Source of the DNA: Magallana gigas
Lineage: Eukaryota
NCBI RefSeq assembly: GCF_963853765.1
Contig: NC_088855.1
Span: 29,698,001-29,762,000, forward strand
Length of the DNA stretch: 64,000 nucleotides
Direction of reading: 5' to 3'
Part shown: one piece after another, positions 50,901 through 63,740 of the stretch
Layout: every line of letters begins with the position of its first letter
Position numbering within the stretch: position 1 is the stretch's first letter
Program-made: the position numbers and the translations under genes
Notes under the pieces: generated by a model
What the model saw: only the letters and a program-made list of their open reading frames with translations
Told to the model about the DNA's origin: nothing
The model's database searches: none

Positions 50901-53035
50901 TATCTGAATCAAATGCAAAAATTTTGTTGGCGTATTATATGCTTGTGCATCGATCACATCTACATTTAGTAGCTATTCAAAAGGGAATCTAAATTGTCAA
51001 TATGTCAATACTATGTCTTATCACGTGATAACATTCTACAAGTGACTAACCTGATGTTCCGGTAATGACGCCACCGCCGCTGCTACCTGAAGGTTGGAAG
51101 TTGCATTTAGGGACTTGGCAACACTGATTGTTAGGATCCTGTTGCATGAAACAACCATCAGGCAGAGTGTCGTAATGAGGGCAGCTGTATTAAAGAGTAG
51201 AAAACACTCTTGATTAATCAACCGTTGCATGATGTAACTGATAACAACGTTTTCATTATCTTCTTGTTCTGAGATAATTTCCATCCTTTTTTATAGGGAG
51301 AACAACTGTATTTCTGGTCCTATGAATTTTCTTGTAAAGTTGGTAATCAAACAATTTTTTGCAATATGGCCGTGGCATTTTTTTAGGGTGAGGCTTAAAG
51401 GTATTTGTATATAATTGAGTTATCATTCAGAACAGGTTCATGATCTGTGTTCTACGTACACTTCGGTACAGCTGTAGCGTCCGGCTGTGCCATCTTTGCA
51501 AACACAGTTGTATTTACAAGGAACTGTCCACGTCTGTCCCTGCTGATAAACTTTTCCTTCGTACAAACATCCTCCACCTTTAACAGAAAATGCATCTTTC
51601 ATATTCTATGACACCAGTTACATGGGTGACTAATACCACTTGCAGTAAAATTGATACTTTTGATTAATGCGACGTATTTCACATTAATCATTTGTATAAA
51701 AAGACATTTCATGCAGAAATCTGCCTAGAATAATAACACCATCAATTTTGTACAAATGTTTTTTCTCTCATTCTTTGTTAAGAATTAAACATATAAAACA
51801 TTGTTTTGGGTTTATACTTTTGATGGATAATTTTGTCCCTATATTTCTTTTATAAATTTTGTTTAAGTATAGTTATGTTTACTCGAAGAAACATTCATAC
51901 ACTCAATTGAATAGTCGTAGACAATCGCACCAAAGAACATAAACAAGTTTGTATGAACTCTGGTGTTATATAACTTCGTTATCAAGCTATATTTGGTGGT
52001 CTGGGATTGACTTGGGCTAGTGTGATTCAAGGTGAGATTTTGTTTTTGTGGGTCGCGACAGGTTATCTTTCCAAAAGGGCCGTGTGTCATGAAGTTTTCA
52101 TGAACGTATCAGTGTGTACCAAACCAAACCCCCACGCATTCTATTACTTTTTGGTAACTTGAATTCTTTTATTGAAGATTTGTTTTAATTACAAATTATA
52201 GCCGTTTCAGAGAAAAGTTTGATACAACAAAGACACCGTATACAAAATACTGAATTTCAAACCACTAGTTGTTGATTTTTAAAGACTTTTTCAAAGATTT
52301 TTAAAGGTTTTTTTTTTAAATAATTTCTTTTCGGTTAAGTCAAGTATATTTATACAAACAGCTTAATATTATTTCATACTTATTGTTTATTTTTAAAAAA
52401 AAAAATAACATAACAATAAAAGGTGCTAGTTACAATGTAAATTGCCCAGCAACTAACTTTATCTGCGAAAAACATAACCTATTTTAGATATCTTAATTAC
52501 ATTCACGTTTGATGTCTCTAACAGTAAAACATTATTTATTTTTTTTTTTACAAAATAAAGTTTATCTGCTCATTTTTCTATCTCAGATGAATGAATATAT
52601 AAATTTATATTAATGATTATATTTTTTCGAAACCCCATTGAAAACAGAACGCAGCTATGGGAGCTCGCTTCATACCCTGGTCTAACGTGAACAGAAAATA
52701 AATAATTGATATCGCATTAAAAATAGGTGAAATCTTACTAGAAACCCAATACATTTTTTCCAAACTGATAGTTTTTTCAATCGTGCTTAAAGTCTTCTAT
52801 GAAATTTCTACATAAAAACAACTAAAACTATAGTATCTGAAAGAACGTTTGAATTATTATATGATTTTTGTCTTATTTTTTTATTCTAGCATTTACTCAA
52901 ATTCAAACAAATATATGAAATTGAATTTTTACCTGCTTGTCGTTTTACGATGTGCCTAGTTCTCCGCACTCCTTTGATCTTCTCGGAGGCGACCAGAGCA
53001 ATGCACACGATAACTAATACGAAAATTTTATTCAT
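33161..53035 (-). CDS. Secreted micro-exon-rich protein: signal/propeptide, VWC-like domain, six ShKT domains separated by Gly/Thr/Ser/Met-rich linkers, C-terminal VWC-like domain (about 832 aa if all 47 exons are used)
   Basis: Signal exon 53035-52933. VWC-like 51577-51460 + 51184-51051. ShKT exons 48293-48174, 43967-43854, 42298-42182, 41891-41769, 34685-34551, 34114-33773. VWC-like 33546-33435 + 33287-33161 (TAA). Micro-exons: 50012-49983, 48768-48739, 48489-48436, 47495-47466, 47082-47068, 46804-46778, 46551-46525, 46296-46270, 44885-44829, 44145-44107, 43663-43652, 43525-43511, 43377-43357, 43252-43235, 43087-43067, 42938-42918, 41606-41592, 41355-41338, 40536-40498, 40377-40360, 39554-39516, 39268-39242, 38953-38915, 38667-38641, 38360-38322, 38062-38039, 37596-37576, 37280-37260, 37162-37142, 36882-36853, 36608-36588, 36542-36522, 36258-36229, 35439-35419, 35029-35009, 34898-34881. 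Each is flanked by AG/GT, 3n long and phase 1-1. Confidence 0.88.
33773..34114 (-). CDS. Exon encoding ShKT domain 6 plus contiguous GTMTG repeats
   Basis: CADAINNCANYGQGVCSDPTYTDWVSKNCQAYCHKC has the six-Cys ShKT spacing ending CxxxCxxC; followed by SSGTMTGGTMTGTGTGG... Confidence 0.92.
35901..35939. repeat. (GA)n microsatellite
   Basis: Pure run. Confidence 0.95.
36141..37421. repeat. Tandem duplication of an intron+micro-exon block (offset about 623 bp)
   Basis: catcattggtagtacaac starts at 36141 and 36764. Both copies carry the GTFTGTGSQG exon, a 17-nt exon-like unit and two 21-nt exons. Confidence 0.9.
38285..39570. repeat. Tandem duplication with a period of about 600 bp (GGTxIGTGGSGxx and GTGTGTGTS exons)
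   Basis: aaaagcagat.taaaaatttt..aaatcctaatac recurs at about 38287, 38880 and 39481. Confidence 0.9.
39555..41460. repeat. Tandem duplication with a period of about 980 bp (VPxLGP and xGTYIGTGGSGIx exons)
   Basis: About 39555-40480 aligns by eye with about 40537-41460 at high identity. Confidence 0.9.
44191..44391. mobile_element. Probable TACTGTA...TACAGTA MITE in an intron
   Basis: Short inverted termini and CG-rich internal motifs; short TIR only. Confidence 0.5.
46180..46945. repeat. Three tandem units of about 254 bp, each containing a 27-nt GSGG(I/V)VSGG micro-exon
   Basis: aaaactcaccaccccccgaaacaa.accgccagatcctgaagatgaagtgttaag recurs near 46261, 46516 and 46769. Confidence 0.92.
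47358..47630. repeat. Dispersed duplication of about 270 bp (second copy about 49877-50150) carrying a 30-nt GSSGGxISGG micro-exon
   Basis: taaaaacatgtaaaacagatgttcaaattaggc...cttaccgcctcctgagatca.accgccagatgaccctag is nearly identical at both sites. Confidence 0.88.
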
Positions 53036-53110
53036 TGTTAGGAACACAAACTTTCCCGTTTTGATTCAAGGCTGGGGTCTTTTAGTCTGTGTTATCAGAC
53101 CGCGGTTGCA

Positions 53111-53125
53111 CAGTCCTTTATATAC
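53111..53125 (-). promoter_or_regulatory. TATA box of the micro-exon gene
   Basis: The minus strand reads gTATATAAAggactg about 82 nt upstream of ATG 53035. An identical 15-mer sits upstream of the paralogue. Confidence 0.7.
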
Positions 53126-55869
53126 TACTGCAAGGTTACTCTAGATAGCTGAAATTGTGACGCAATGCATTTGTGCTGATTTCCACTGATAGTATCAGGT
53201 TACATTAATTATTTGAGAGGAAAATTTAAAACAAATCCATTCGTCTTATCCGTGTGTTTGCTCTCTAAGGCTTAACCCATGATGTTTTCCCCGATAAGAT
53301 TAATTCAATTTTTATTCATCGTGACCACTTGTAGAATGTCTCATCCAGAGGATACTGTCCCTGAATAAAATTGATTTTTCTTGACATCACTGGTTTATTG
53401 TATCATACAATTAAAATTATTTGAATTTTTTTAAATTAGGAACAGTTTATGATGATTTTGAGGTTTGTGTTATTGCATTTGCATATAATTTTATTGTTTT
53501 TACTCAGTATTTTATCTTTTAAAACATGCATAGCAGTCACTGATTATATAAATTTCGAAAATCCTTCGAAAAAAAACTGCATTTAAAAAAATAAATTCAA
53601 ATTGAAAAAAATCATTATTAAAGCATCATCCAAAGGCATTACACATTGAATAACAAATCATCCGTATTCGAGACTTGTTGAACCCCCAGACGCTTTTTGG
53701 GAAAAATCCAATATTAATTGTTTGACAGGAGTTGAAGTGGATTATATCCTTTACACAAAAATATTTTTTTCTAATGAAAAGAATGATAGGGTGTCGAATG
53801 TTGGAACTAAGGGTAGGATTTTTCTACTGTTAGACTTTCTAATAAGTAAATGGCAATACCAAACACTTATATTTTTTAACATTAAGAATATCGAAATGGT
53901 ATAGAACCAACGCAGTCAAAATTTAAAAAGAACATTGATACAATTAAATAAAGCTTAGAATTTTGAAAAAGGCTGTAATTCAAGTTTGATTTGCGAATTT
54001 TGAAAGAAGACGGATAATATAATTGGGGATTTAACACGATTAAGAATATTTTTGTTTCATACTCATATAAGCAGTCAGTAAATATTGTATTAATCAACCC
54101 TATAACATCATAATCAAGAAGATCAAACAAAAGTGGTTTGACACTGTATCATTATTGATATATTTTTTTGTTAGAAGTCTTCACAATTTTAATTTAATTT
54201 TCCCATCATAGTTATCTGTGCTTATGTTTCTATAAAAAGGATTAAAGTTAAATGCACTTTTAAGAAAATCAAATTAACATCTACTGCACTTTTAGGAGAC
54301 ATGCATTCGTTTTGTATTCAAATAGAAATCGTCAGAGAAATCCGTATTTTCGTCGGCATTAGTGACACAAATTCCTACTGTTTTTAGCACATAAAGCAGC
54401 CAGTGACTAATTACTCATCGCCCTATCTATATATAATTTTCTTATCAGATGTGCAGCTTTGCAATTAGCATCAAAATAAAAAGTACCCATGAAAAGAGAA
54501 GAATAAGGAGCCACCATAGTAAGTGACCTAAATGACTCCACCCGATGTGTCGGAAAGAGGCGACAGATAAGAGGGTCCTAATAACTGGATAATACGGAAA
54601 GAGTTTTTGTCAATATTTGAGCGAATTCACCCGGGCAATCTGCGACATGAGTTTGTGACGTAAATTTTACCTGTTGGGACAAAAGTTGGGGCTAGTTTTC
54701 TCATCAATAAGACATCGTATACAATTTGGATATTTAAGTTCAAGCTTCTTAATAGGGTAATTATAATTATTATAGGTTTAAAGAATGACTGTATTTTAAT
54801 ATTCACATATCCCTTAACTTAAATAATTAATGTACATGGTGGTTAAAATAAAAAATTCAATAAATTTTATTCGTGAAATAAGGATACAAACAGACATTAA
54901 TGTCTTTGTATTTTATTAGCAATCAGCTTTCCTAATATAAGTCCAGTTTGATACATAACCCTATGTGATAAAGAATTCAAATTATATTTGTTGTTCAAAA
55001 ACCTTCTGCATTTAAATATTTGAATTATTTTTTAATCAGGACGCAACTAATTTAAGTAAAAATGATTATGTTTTGTACCAAGAATAGTTTTTAAAAGTTA
55101 ATCGGTATATTTATTTGCTACCTGTTTCGAATTAATAAATATCAGACCCCAAGTTGGACTTTGCCGGAAATATAAGTGAATAAAGTTGAAAAAAGTTCAC
55201 ATCATTGTTTGTATAAATAAACTTGTTATATGAATAACGTTATATTGTTCTCTAGCTTGAAAAGATGATAAACTGATTATGGAAAGTCTATTCATCTTAT
55301 TCATCAAATATTAACAATCCTGAATGATTGTGGATATATAAGAAATATCTTATAAGTAAAAATTTGTTTGCAAAAAATTACTCCAGTGAATTTTCAAAAA
55401 TAAGGAAATTTTTTTATATGCCACGAAAAAACTTTTCATGATGTGTAATGATACACTTCTTTATCAGTTGATATAATTTTTTTAAAATTATCTTAAAAGT
55501 GTTACATTGTATCTATGATATGCATTACAAACAAAAAACTCATTGAATTTTTACTATAAATTCAAAGTCGATACAAAGATGATCTAATTTGCATCTATAC
55601 AACTAATGTTCGTGTATTGCTATAGCATTACAATTAAGAATCGTTTATGCATGTGTGATGTCAGATCCATATGTTTTATAAAGAGATTTTAAATAAAAAA
55701 AAAACTATCATTATTGTTCTTTTTTTTATTGAAGATCATTGATGATTATGAATAGTTAGAAGTCAAAATAATAATGTACAATTCAAGGCTGCCATGCTGC
55801 ATATCTTTGACATTTATTTCTGCTCTTGCAAAAATAAAATAATAGGCACATTCTTTTTGCAAGGCAACC

Positions 55870-55927
<58 letters not shown>
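55870..55927. repeat. (ATAG)n microsatellite
   Basis: Pure tetranucleotide run. Confidence 0.95.
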
Positions 55928-58026
55928 CCGGAAAAGCAGAGTTCGTAATTTTAATTTCCCAGGTTATCATTGGTACACAAGTCCGCTTTCTCTGACACAA
56001 TTTGGCAGACAATGTCGCTGATAAGCTATCAATTTTGCTTGCTTTGATTAGTGTTTCCTGTTCTTTTTATATCTTTTGATGTCAAGAAATAAATTTAAAA
56101 ATGAAAATATTATTATGAATTTCATCTATGCCAAATTTGTCTTTTCTGCACAATTTTTCTTATTGAAGTAAAACTATTCTCCTATAAAATCGAATGGGCC
56201 TTCTTTTATATCACATATAACATGATATTAATTTTTATAGCCATATTCATTACAGAAATTTAGATAATGCAACCTTGTTGTTATATTTTATGATGTCAAA
56301 AATCTAATATTAAATGATCATGAGAAAGTCCAAAATACAAATCTTTTAAAAGGTTTGTCTATAGTATGGAACTAACACGGTCAGAATCAGGTCTAGTGGG
56401 TCTTTTAACCATCTATTTCCGATGTAAAGACATGTTTATATGCAAATAAATGTGCCGATTTATGAGTAGATTAGGGTGCATTAAACAACTGATAATTCTC
56501 ATACTACTTTCCAGAATTTTTACGTCCAGATGACCAAGATAGATAGTTACAAATGAAGACACATACATAGTACTTGTACCGTTCGCTGGGTTCAAAATCA
56601 TGACTTCCGGTCAAGTGCGTGGGGGAGGGCGTGTGTGCAATCACGTGATCAGTGTTTTTAAGTATTTACAAACCTACAGGAAACATTCCATTGACACCTG
56701 TTGTCACTTAATATTTAGTTAAACTTTAACTAAGACGTTCAAACTATGTATCTTTTTTTTTTTATCATAAAAGCATTTCAAAATGTTTTGACTTGGGGGG
56801 GGGGGGTCTACTCGGTTTTCTGATATCTTGATAAAATAATAAAAATCTATATTGATAACATTTGGTCCAAATTAACGAAAATATCACTCTAAAACAATTG
56901 CATTGTTTTTATTAAAAAACACGATGATCGGGCCTTTTTTTTAAAAATAATATTGATCTCCTTGAGAAAAAAGAAGTTGTTTAAATATTTTGGAAAATAC
57001 AAACATTTAAGGAAAATACTGTGGTTGTTTTTTTTTTCTTTATAAGCTAGTACATCCATAACTGACGTGAATTTAACAATTTTGATTGCTATAAACTTCA
57101 TTAGATGCGTATTATAAAATCATTATGAGGCTGACATAAACCAAATTTTGGAGTATGTATACAGCCAAATAAATGAACTTTTTGCACTTGGAACTTTTTT
57201 GAGTTGAGTTGTCTGCTCCTTGCAAAAATTACGAAAAAACAAATTCTAAAGATATGTACGGTAAATTATGAATTTTTTAAAGGCATTTAAAAAAAAAAGA
57301 GAATTTTTTTGCATCTTTTTTCCAAAAGATTTGTGGGAAATTTATTTGTATTATAAAGATATAATTAAAAGTGCATTTTTTCCATTGATTTTATATCAGT
57401 TTTAAAGATGAATCTTTTTCATTCAATTAGCCCCTAAAAATAACACTAAGATTTCAGTAATCAAGCTTGCAATCTTTTAGATATGAAATACGATAGTTAT
57501 GGATGGACTACCCGAGATAAAATGTATTTTATCGTATCTTATTTTTTTGTTAGAAATCTGGTGCGTACTATTTTGACCACCCAGCCTCCTTGAGACCGTA
57601 AAGAGAAATGCTTCTGAAACTGTACACGTTTTAAAAGTGTATGGTATACATGTATTCAGGTACACTAATATAGCTTGACCTTGACGTTAACCTTTCAAAC
57701 ACAAACGACAGTGTTTTCTTTGAAGTATGCAGCTGTTTAACGATAACGTTCTATATTTGGTTGTCACGATAGACATTTGTACTATATTAGATCTTTGGTC
57801 TGAAGATTGGGACGTCCTATGCAGACGAGGACAGTCGCCGCCATTTCTTGGTTATAGTTCCTGTTAATTACAAAAACCAGATCTGCATTATCAATGGTAT
57901 TATATAATGCAATGTGTCTGCACAATCAATTTTCTCAAAGAGTAAACGTAACCCCTACCCCTAAAAACTTCGTTACATATTCTATTTTCTTCGTAGAATT
58001 TTACTTACATCTATATACACTATCAA

Positions 58027-58518
58027 AGGGGCATGGTCACGATTTTCGTCAAATTTTATTTTTCTGTTTTTATAATTTGCAATGCTTTAGGAATGCATGT
58101 CTAATGATCAAATGAAATTTGGGTGCCAGTCGTTAAGTTTTAAGAAAGATACAGGGCTTACAATTCTTCGTCATGTAAACAAGGCTCTTGCCCTGTTTTT
58201 GTTTACATAGGTTCAATATACCAGTAAAAAATCTTTTTAAAGATGGTTTGTCTATCCTATTATTCATTTTAAGCATAAATAAACAGTTCCTAACGATTAA
58301 CACATTCATTTTAGGTCTAAAACTGGAATTTTCACTTCAACATTCAAATGTAAACAAACGCGTTGTTTACATACCGAAGAATTGTAAGCTCTGTAACTCG
58401 CTTATAACTCATCAAATGACACTCAAATTATGGTTGACTATTAAAAATGCCTTACTGAAGCATTGTAAACATTTAAATCGAAAAAATAATTTTTGACCAA
58501 AATCGTGACCATGCCCCT
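58027..58518. mobile_element. MITE with AGGGGCATGGTCACGATTT TIRs and a TTAA-like TSD (Kolobok-like)
   Basis: aaaggggcatggtcacgattt (58025-) versus aaatcgtgaccatgccccttt (-58520); flanks are tcaa and ttaa. Confidence 0.8.
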
Positions 58519-60619
58519 TTAAGGTCAAGATCTAATAAACGATTTCAGAGTCTTTTTGGTGCTAAAACCATTATGATGTCATTATTGATTTAAAGAATCT
58601 TTTCCCCGTACTTTACGGCTTCAAAGGAGTTAGCCTATGTAGAAAAGTATTCAGTTTCTTGACATTATATGTAAGGTCATGGGAAAAGTAATCCCGATAC
58701 CTATATTCAATTTGACATCATTTTAAAGAGGAGGTCAATAGCTTGTTTAATTCCGTTTTGGAGAAACTTTAGGCATTCAAGAAATAATTCATTAGTCAAA
58801 AAATGGATAAAACTCCAAAATTTGCGCCTTATTTCCTTCATATTTCATTGAAAATGACAGTTAAAAACATGATTTTTCATTGTGTTTACCAAATATTTTA
58901 GCCCTGGTACACCCTATCAAACAAAGTCGTTGTTATGAAGCATCATTTAAAAAAAAATTAGGTCTTAGATTTTATAAATCTGTACGCACCTTTCATTAAC
59001 TAGATCTTGACCTTCAACAACCTTCCTTGAAGAAAAGGGGGCCTATACATTATGATAATATAGTTCTAATCTTGAAAATTATCCATACAACCCTTATTAC
59101 ATGTATTATGCAAAAAGTAATACATTAAGTTTTTACGATATCTAGTCTCCTTTGGTATCTTTTAGCTTACCAACATGTAGTTTTGTTATCTTTTTTAGAA
59201 TCTTGAAAACCTTTTGTTAATTTTTATTTTGTAATATAAGAAACAATTTGGCTTACATCCGTAGTGTCCCAAATATCATATCTAGTAAATATATCAATCG
59301 TTAAGTGTGTTGAGAATCCAAACACAAATAAACAAAATGATTAAAAAATTGATTTTATTTTTACAGTGACAGTATATGAACTTTTCCAAAACAATTAAAC
59401 GCATCTGCTGGAATTCTGTCTTATTGTCTTCGTTTCAAAATTAAATCAAGGTGTATTCCGGGAGCAGGCTGTGATGGAAGTAAATAGCTAAATCAATGTT
59501 TTATCGCTGACAGCTTTTTGAAAATATTACCAATATCTTATTTTATATTCTTGTGTCTACACATACATGTATTGTTGATGAATTTATGCAGAGGAGAGAT
59601 ACATGACCTTGGGTATTGAATTATAAGCATCTGTCACTCATTTAGGATCGAATGTTCACTAAGAAACCAGATGATTAGAAATTTATATAGTCATTTTCAA
59701 TACAAATAACAGGTGCAGATCATTAGTTTATCAAGCAAAAATGCAAAAGTACACGGGATTAAAAAAAATTATGAAAACTATATAGAGATCTTTTTGACTG
59801 TGCCTCTAGTTTTTTTACGCATTAAATATATATTAATCACATCGTTAAACTTAAAATTTATTTTGATTTTCGGTGTATCTCTTTACTATAAACGTTTTTA
59901 TTCTATAACGTTAATGAATTCATTACCAACGCTATTAGAACTACACTCTGTATATTGTCTTTAATTTCATTTTTGGCGGCAGTTGCTACAAACAGTTAGT
60001 TGTATACTGAAACAGCTTTTTCTGCCATCTTTTTGTTTGCAAATTCTAATCATTCTAAAACTGTATTGTTTAATCAATTCAAATATAAATTGATACACTA
60101 TATTAAAAAAGAGCGACCAGTCTATTATGGTTTTAAAATTCATATATTGTGTGGGAGTGATCACCCCTTCTCTGTGTTGATTATCTGTATTTTGAATATC
60201 TCTCACCACCTAAAACAAAAAGATGAAAATTTCGTCCATCTAAGTTGGTATTTATGTGACCTTTTAGATTAATAAAATCTTGTCTTGTTACGAAAATATA
60301 ATATTACTCAGTTTGTGCAAAAAAGCATCAGTGAACTTGTTACAATGTAGTTACCATGGAGAACATAAATGCTTTTACTTTGGAGACTATATCAATATGG
60401 GCTGGTAAAACTCAAACCCAGTATATAATTAATTATTTTATCTTTGAAAAAAATTGATAATTTTTCACTTAAAACTTTTGAAATGTATTGATACAATATG
60501 ATATCATTATAATATTCATAACCCAACTTTTTATTAACAAATTCAAAGTCCATAAAATATTTATTTTGAAAATGATACATGTGTGGTTTATATTAGTAAT
60601 GTTTCTCGTTGATACTTGA

Positions 60620-63600
60620 TTACTGCTCAACATAACCGGGTGGGTACTGAACTTGGATGTTTGGTGGACAGTTTGGTGTCTGACAACATTTTCCCGGACC
60701 TGGTGGATTCAGACTACAGGAAGGTGGGAGGTTCCATTTTAAACATCTGTCAAAAGTCAATAACTTTATTGATAAATGCATTAATAGTATTCATATGTCA
60801 CAGGGTATTCCAGGAAATGTCTTGTGATTTATAAACGTCTAAATCCCTTTACAATATCTTTCATCCAAAGCATATTTGTTGCTTCTGAAATTAAGTATTG
60901 GAAAACTAATAACATTGAGAACATTAAATTCATATGTACTATTTCATTGTGATTGGAATTTTTTTAAATTTTATTTTTGACAAAAAGTAGTAATTAAAGT
61001 AATGTAAAATCATACCTATAGGTCGGTTTTTAATTATATATATTGCAATTCTTTATGATGACCCCTTTTTAAAGATATTGCCAAACTTACTTATAGTAAC
61101 AAAAAACCGTGAATTTGAATAATTCTCCTACAATGTAAACTTACAATCCTGTGCAAGTGTATTTTCCAGTGGCGGCGTCGTGACACGTACAGCTGTATGT
61201 ACAGCCATCCTTCCAAGTCTCTCCTTGTTGGTAAACGTGGTCCTTGTATACACAGCCTAAACACACGGTAATTCCACTTAGTCTCATGTGTTGTATATAA
61301 TACGTACTATTCATGTACATTTATGCCAACATACTTATCATTGCTGTAAATCTGTTTTCTTGAAAATAGAAAAAAATGTTACATTGTTGAAACCAACTTT
61401 TTTTCGCGACGACTTTATTTCACAATAAATTGGTTCGCGGCGATAAATTTTGTGAAAGAGCTTCATCAACCCTTATGGCTATTTACAACCGTATAGCATG
61501 AACTGATTCGCGGCGAAAAATATTAGCGACGACAAGCTAAAGGTTTTCAATAAAATCGCGAAAATTTCTCTCACGCAAAGAAAAGTAGGTTTACATTATT
61601 TAATGACGTACAGATATTACTTCAAAATATGTGTTGTGTCTTTCATTTTTTATTTATCTTTCATGGCATCTTTCATTTTTTTTATATCAACCTGTAGATG
61701 ATCCAGTAAAGGCACCATGATTTCCATTGCTGGTGCCAGGGCATTTATGACAGTAAGCCTGACAGTTCTTCAAGACCCAGTCAGTATATGTTGGATCGGA
61801 GCAGACACCTTTTCCGTAGTTGACACAGTTGTTAATTGCATCAGCACACGTTCCTAAAATAATGTAAAGAACTATATATGATAAGAGTTAAATTTGGCCC
61901 CCATCATTCGCCATTTTTCAAGTGTTTCGGGTACAATAAAATGTTAACTAATTTTTTAGAAGAGTTGTTATAGAATATATTTTTCATCTATTTATTTGAT
62001 TTATTTGCACTCACTTGCAGTATATGACGTCAGAAGTGACGCCATTTCTATAATTCAATCAAAATCAGCCAAAAATTGACATTTTTCTTATCTATTTACG
62101 AATGGGAAATATAGAGCGCATGCTTGAACAAGGAAAATTTTTTTGTCACTTATTAGTCTTAGCTAGATACATCTCTGATTAAAATATTTTATTGTTTCAA
62201 GAATGCGCTCTATGTTTCCGGAAGAAAAAACTGCTAGAAAACAAGCTGTTTTACGCTAAAAATGCAAAAATGGCGGGAAAAGGTTGTCTTTACAATCTTA
62301 TATTTCTAAATTGTGGGCACTTGAAACAAAATGAATATTATGTAAACACGTCACATACATATCTGTACTAGGAAAACAAAGAATGATAGTTAAATGATGA
62401 TGTTCATTTTAGGGGGCCATTTTAGGACCTTATTATATATAGTCCTGGCCAGATTCAAAGAGTTACCGGTGGATAATTTTACAGTGTTATTGCACTGTTT
62501 AGAGGTTGTTTTATCTCTGGTGTTGTAATTAAAAGGAATATCAATGGAATTGGTAAGGATACAATGCATTATTGATGTAAATTGTTATTAATAATTTACA
62601 ATTTGCAACGAGCTTTGATTACACCACAAATGATTCTGGGTCCTGTTTCTTCAAACTTGACTTTTGACGTTTTAACTTTAGTGAATCATTTTAGTCGTTT
62701 TAACTTTCAAGCTTAAATTATGTCTATGTCGCTCCAAGTAAACATCTCACCAATACTATTTTTTATCAAAGGTTTTACTTATATCTTTTAAAGAACATTT
62801 TGGCGTGTAAAACGTTACTTTATTCGATGATCTTGCGATGTATAATCAATATCTTGGGATGTAAGTTCTATTTCTTGTAATGTATATTCTACAATCTTGT
62901 AATGTTTGTTCGATATCTTGTGATGTATATTTTTTATCTCGTGATGTATATTCTGTACCTTGTAATATCTATTTAAAATCTTGTATTGTATGTTTAAAAT
63001 TTTGTAATGTATGTTCGATAATATTGTGATGTAATTTCAATATATTGTAATGTGTATGGTATATATGTAATTTTCATTTATATATTTCAATCTCTTATGT
63101 TCATGTGTATTTTATATCTTAAAACATACATCACAAGAAATTTAACTTACATCATAAGATTTTGAATATACGTTACAGGAATGTTAAATATAACAATGTT
63201 TTACATGCCATAAAAAACAAAACATTGATAAGGTATAGACGTTATTCTGCTGTTTAAACAAAAATTAAAAATACAGTATTGATTTTGATTTGTAAAAAAT
63301 GCATACTTTTCTATGAGAATGATGAAACCTATTTTTCATTCATAAAGTAGAGCTGTCTCTTGTAGTACATATAGATGTTAAAACATCAACGTATCATAGC
63401 ATAGGGATATAAATTTGCATAAAGATATAAACTTTGCAATTACTGTGACAGTAAAATCGTGAAAATTTTAGAGTTACTCTTAAATTTGGCAAGCAAAAAA
63501 AAATAACACAGGTATATATCACAAAAGCTGTTCACCCATATTTGACAGAAAAATAAATTCAAATAAAGAATGATTTTCTTACCTGCTTGTCTACGATTCA

Positions 63601-63667
63601 TTTCCTTAATTTTCTCGGAAGCGCCCAAAGCTGTAGACATGAAAACTAATACGACAATTCTATTCAT
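60620..63667 (-). CDS. Short secreted ShKT + VWC-like protein (161 aa), paralogue of the micro-exon gene
   Basis: Exons 63667-63583, 61853-61692, 61256-61145, 60746-60620 (486 nt). MNRIVVLVFMSTALGASEKIKEMNRRQAG; CADAINNCVNYGKGVCSDPTYTDWVLKNCQAYCHKC; GCVYKDHVYQQGETWKDGC...CCQTPNCPPNIQVQYPPGYVEQ*. Confidence 0.9.
61871..62443. mobile_element. MITE-like element with imperfect TIRs of about 32 bp in intron 1 of the short paralogue
   Basis: actatatatgataagagttaaatttggccccc versus the reverse complement of gggggccattttaggaccttattatatatagt. Confidence 0.65.
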
Positions 63668-63740
63668 TGTAAGGAACGTAGATTTAACTTGATTCTAGGC
63701 TCTTGTCATTCGTGCTTTGTGTTATCGTTTCGCTATTGTG

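Noticed and set aside
51036-51284. 82-aa minus-strand ORF
   Set aside because: Wrong frame. The real exon (51184-51051) reads CPHYDTLPDGC...CCQVPKC in another frame.
54450-54517. Exon-like plus-strand segment with AG and gtaagt flanks
   Set aside because: No partner exons or recognisable product; may be chance.
62625-62642. Possible 18-nt micro-exon in the short paralogue (GPRIIC)
   Set aside because: Purine-rich acceptor, unlike the family motifs, and would add an unpaired Cys.
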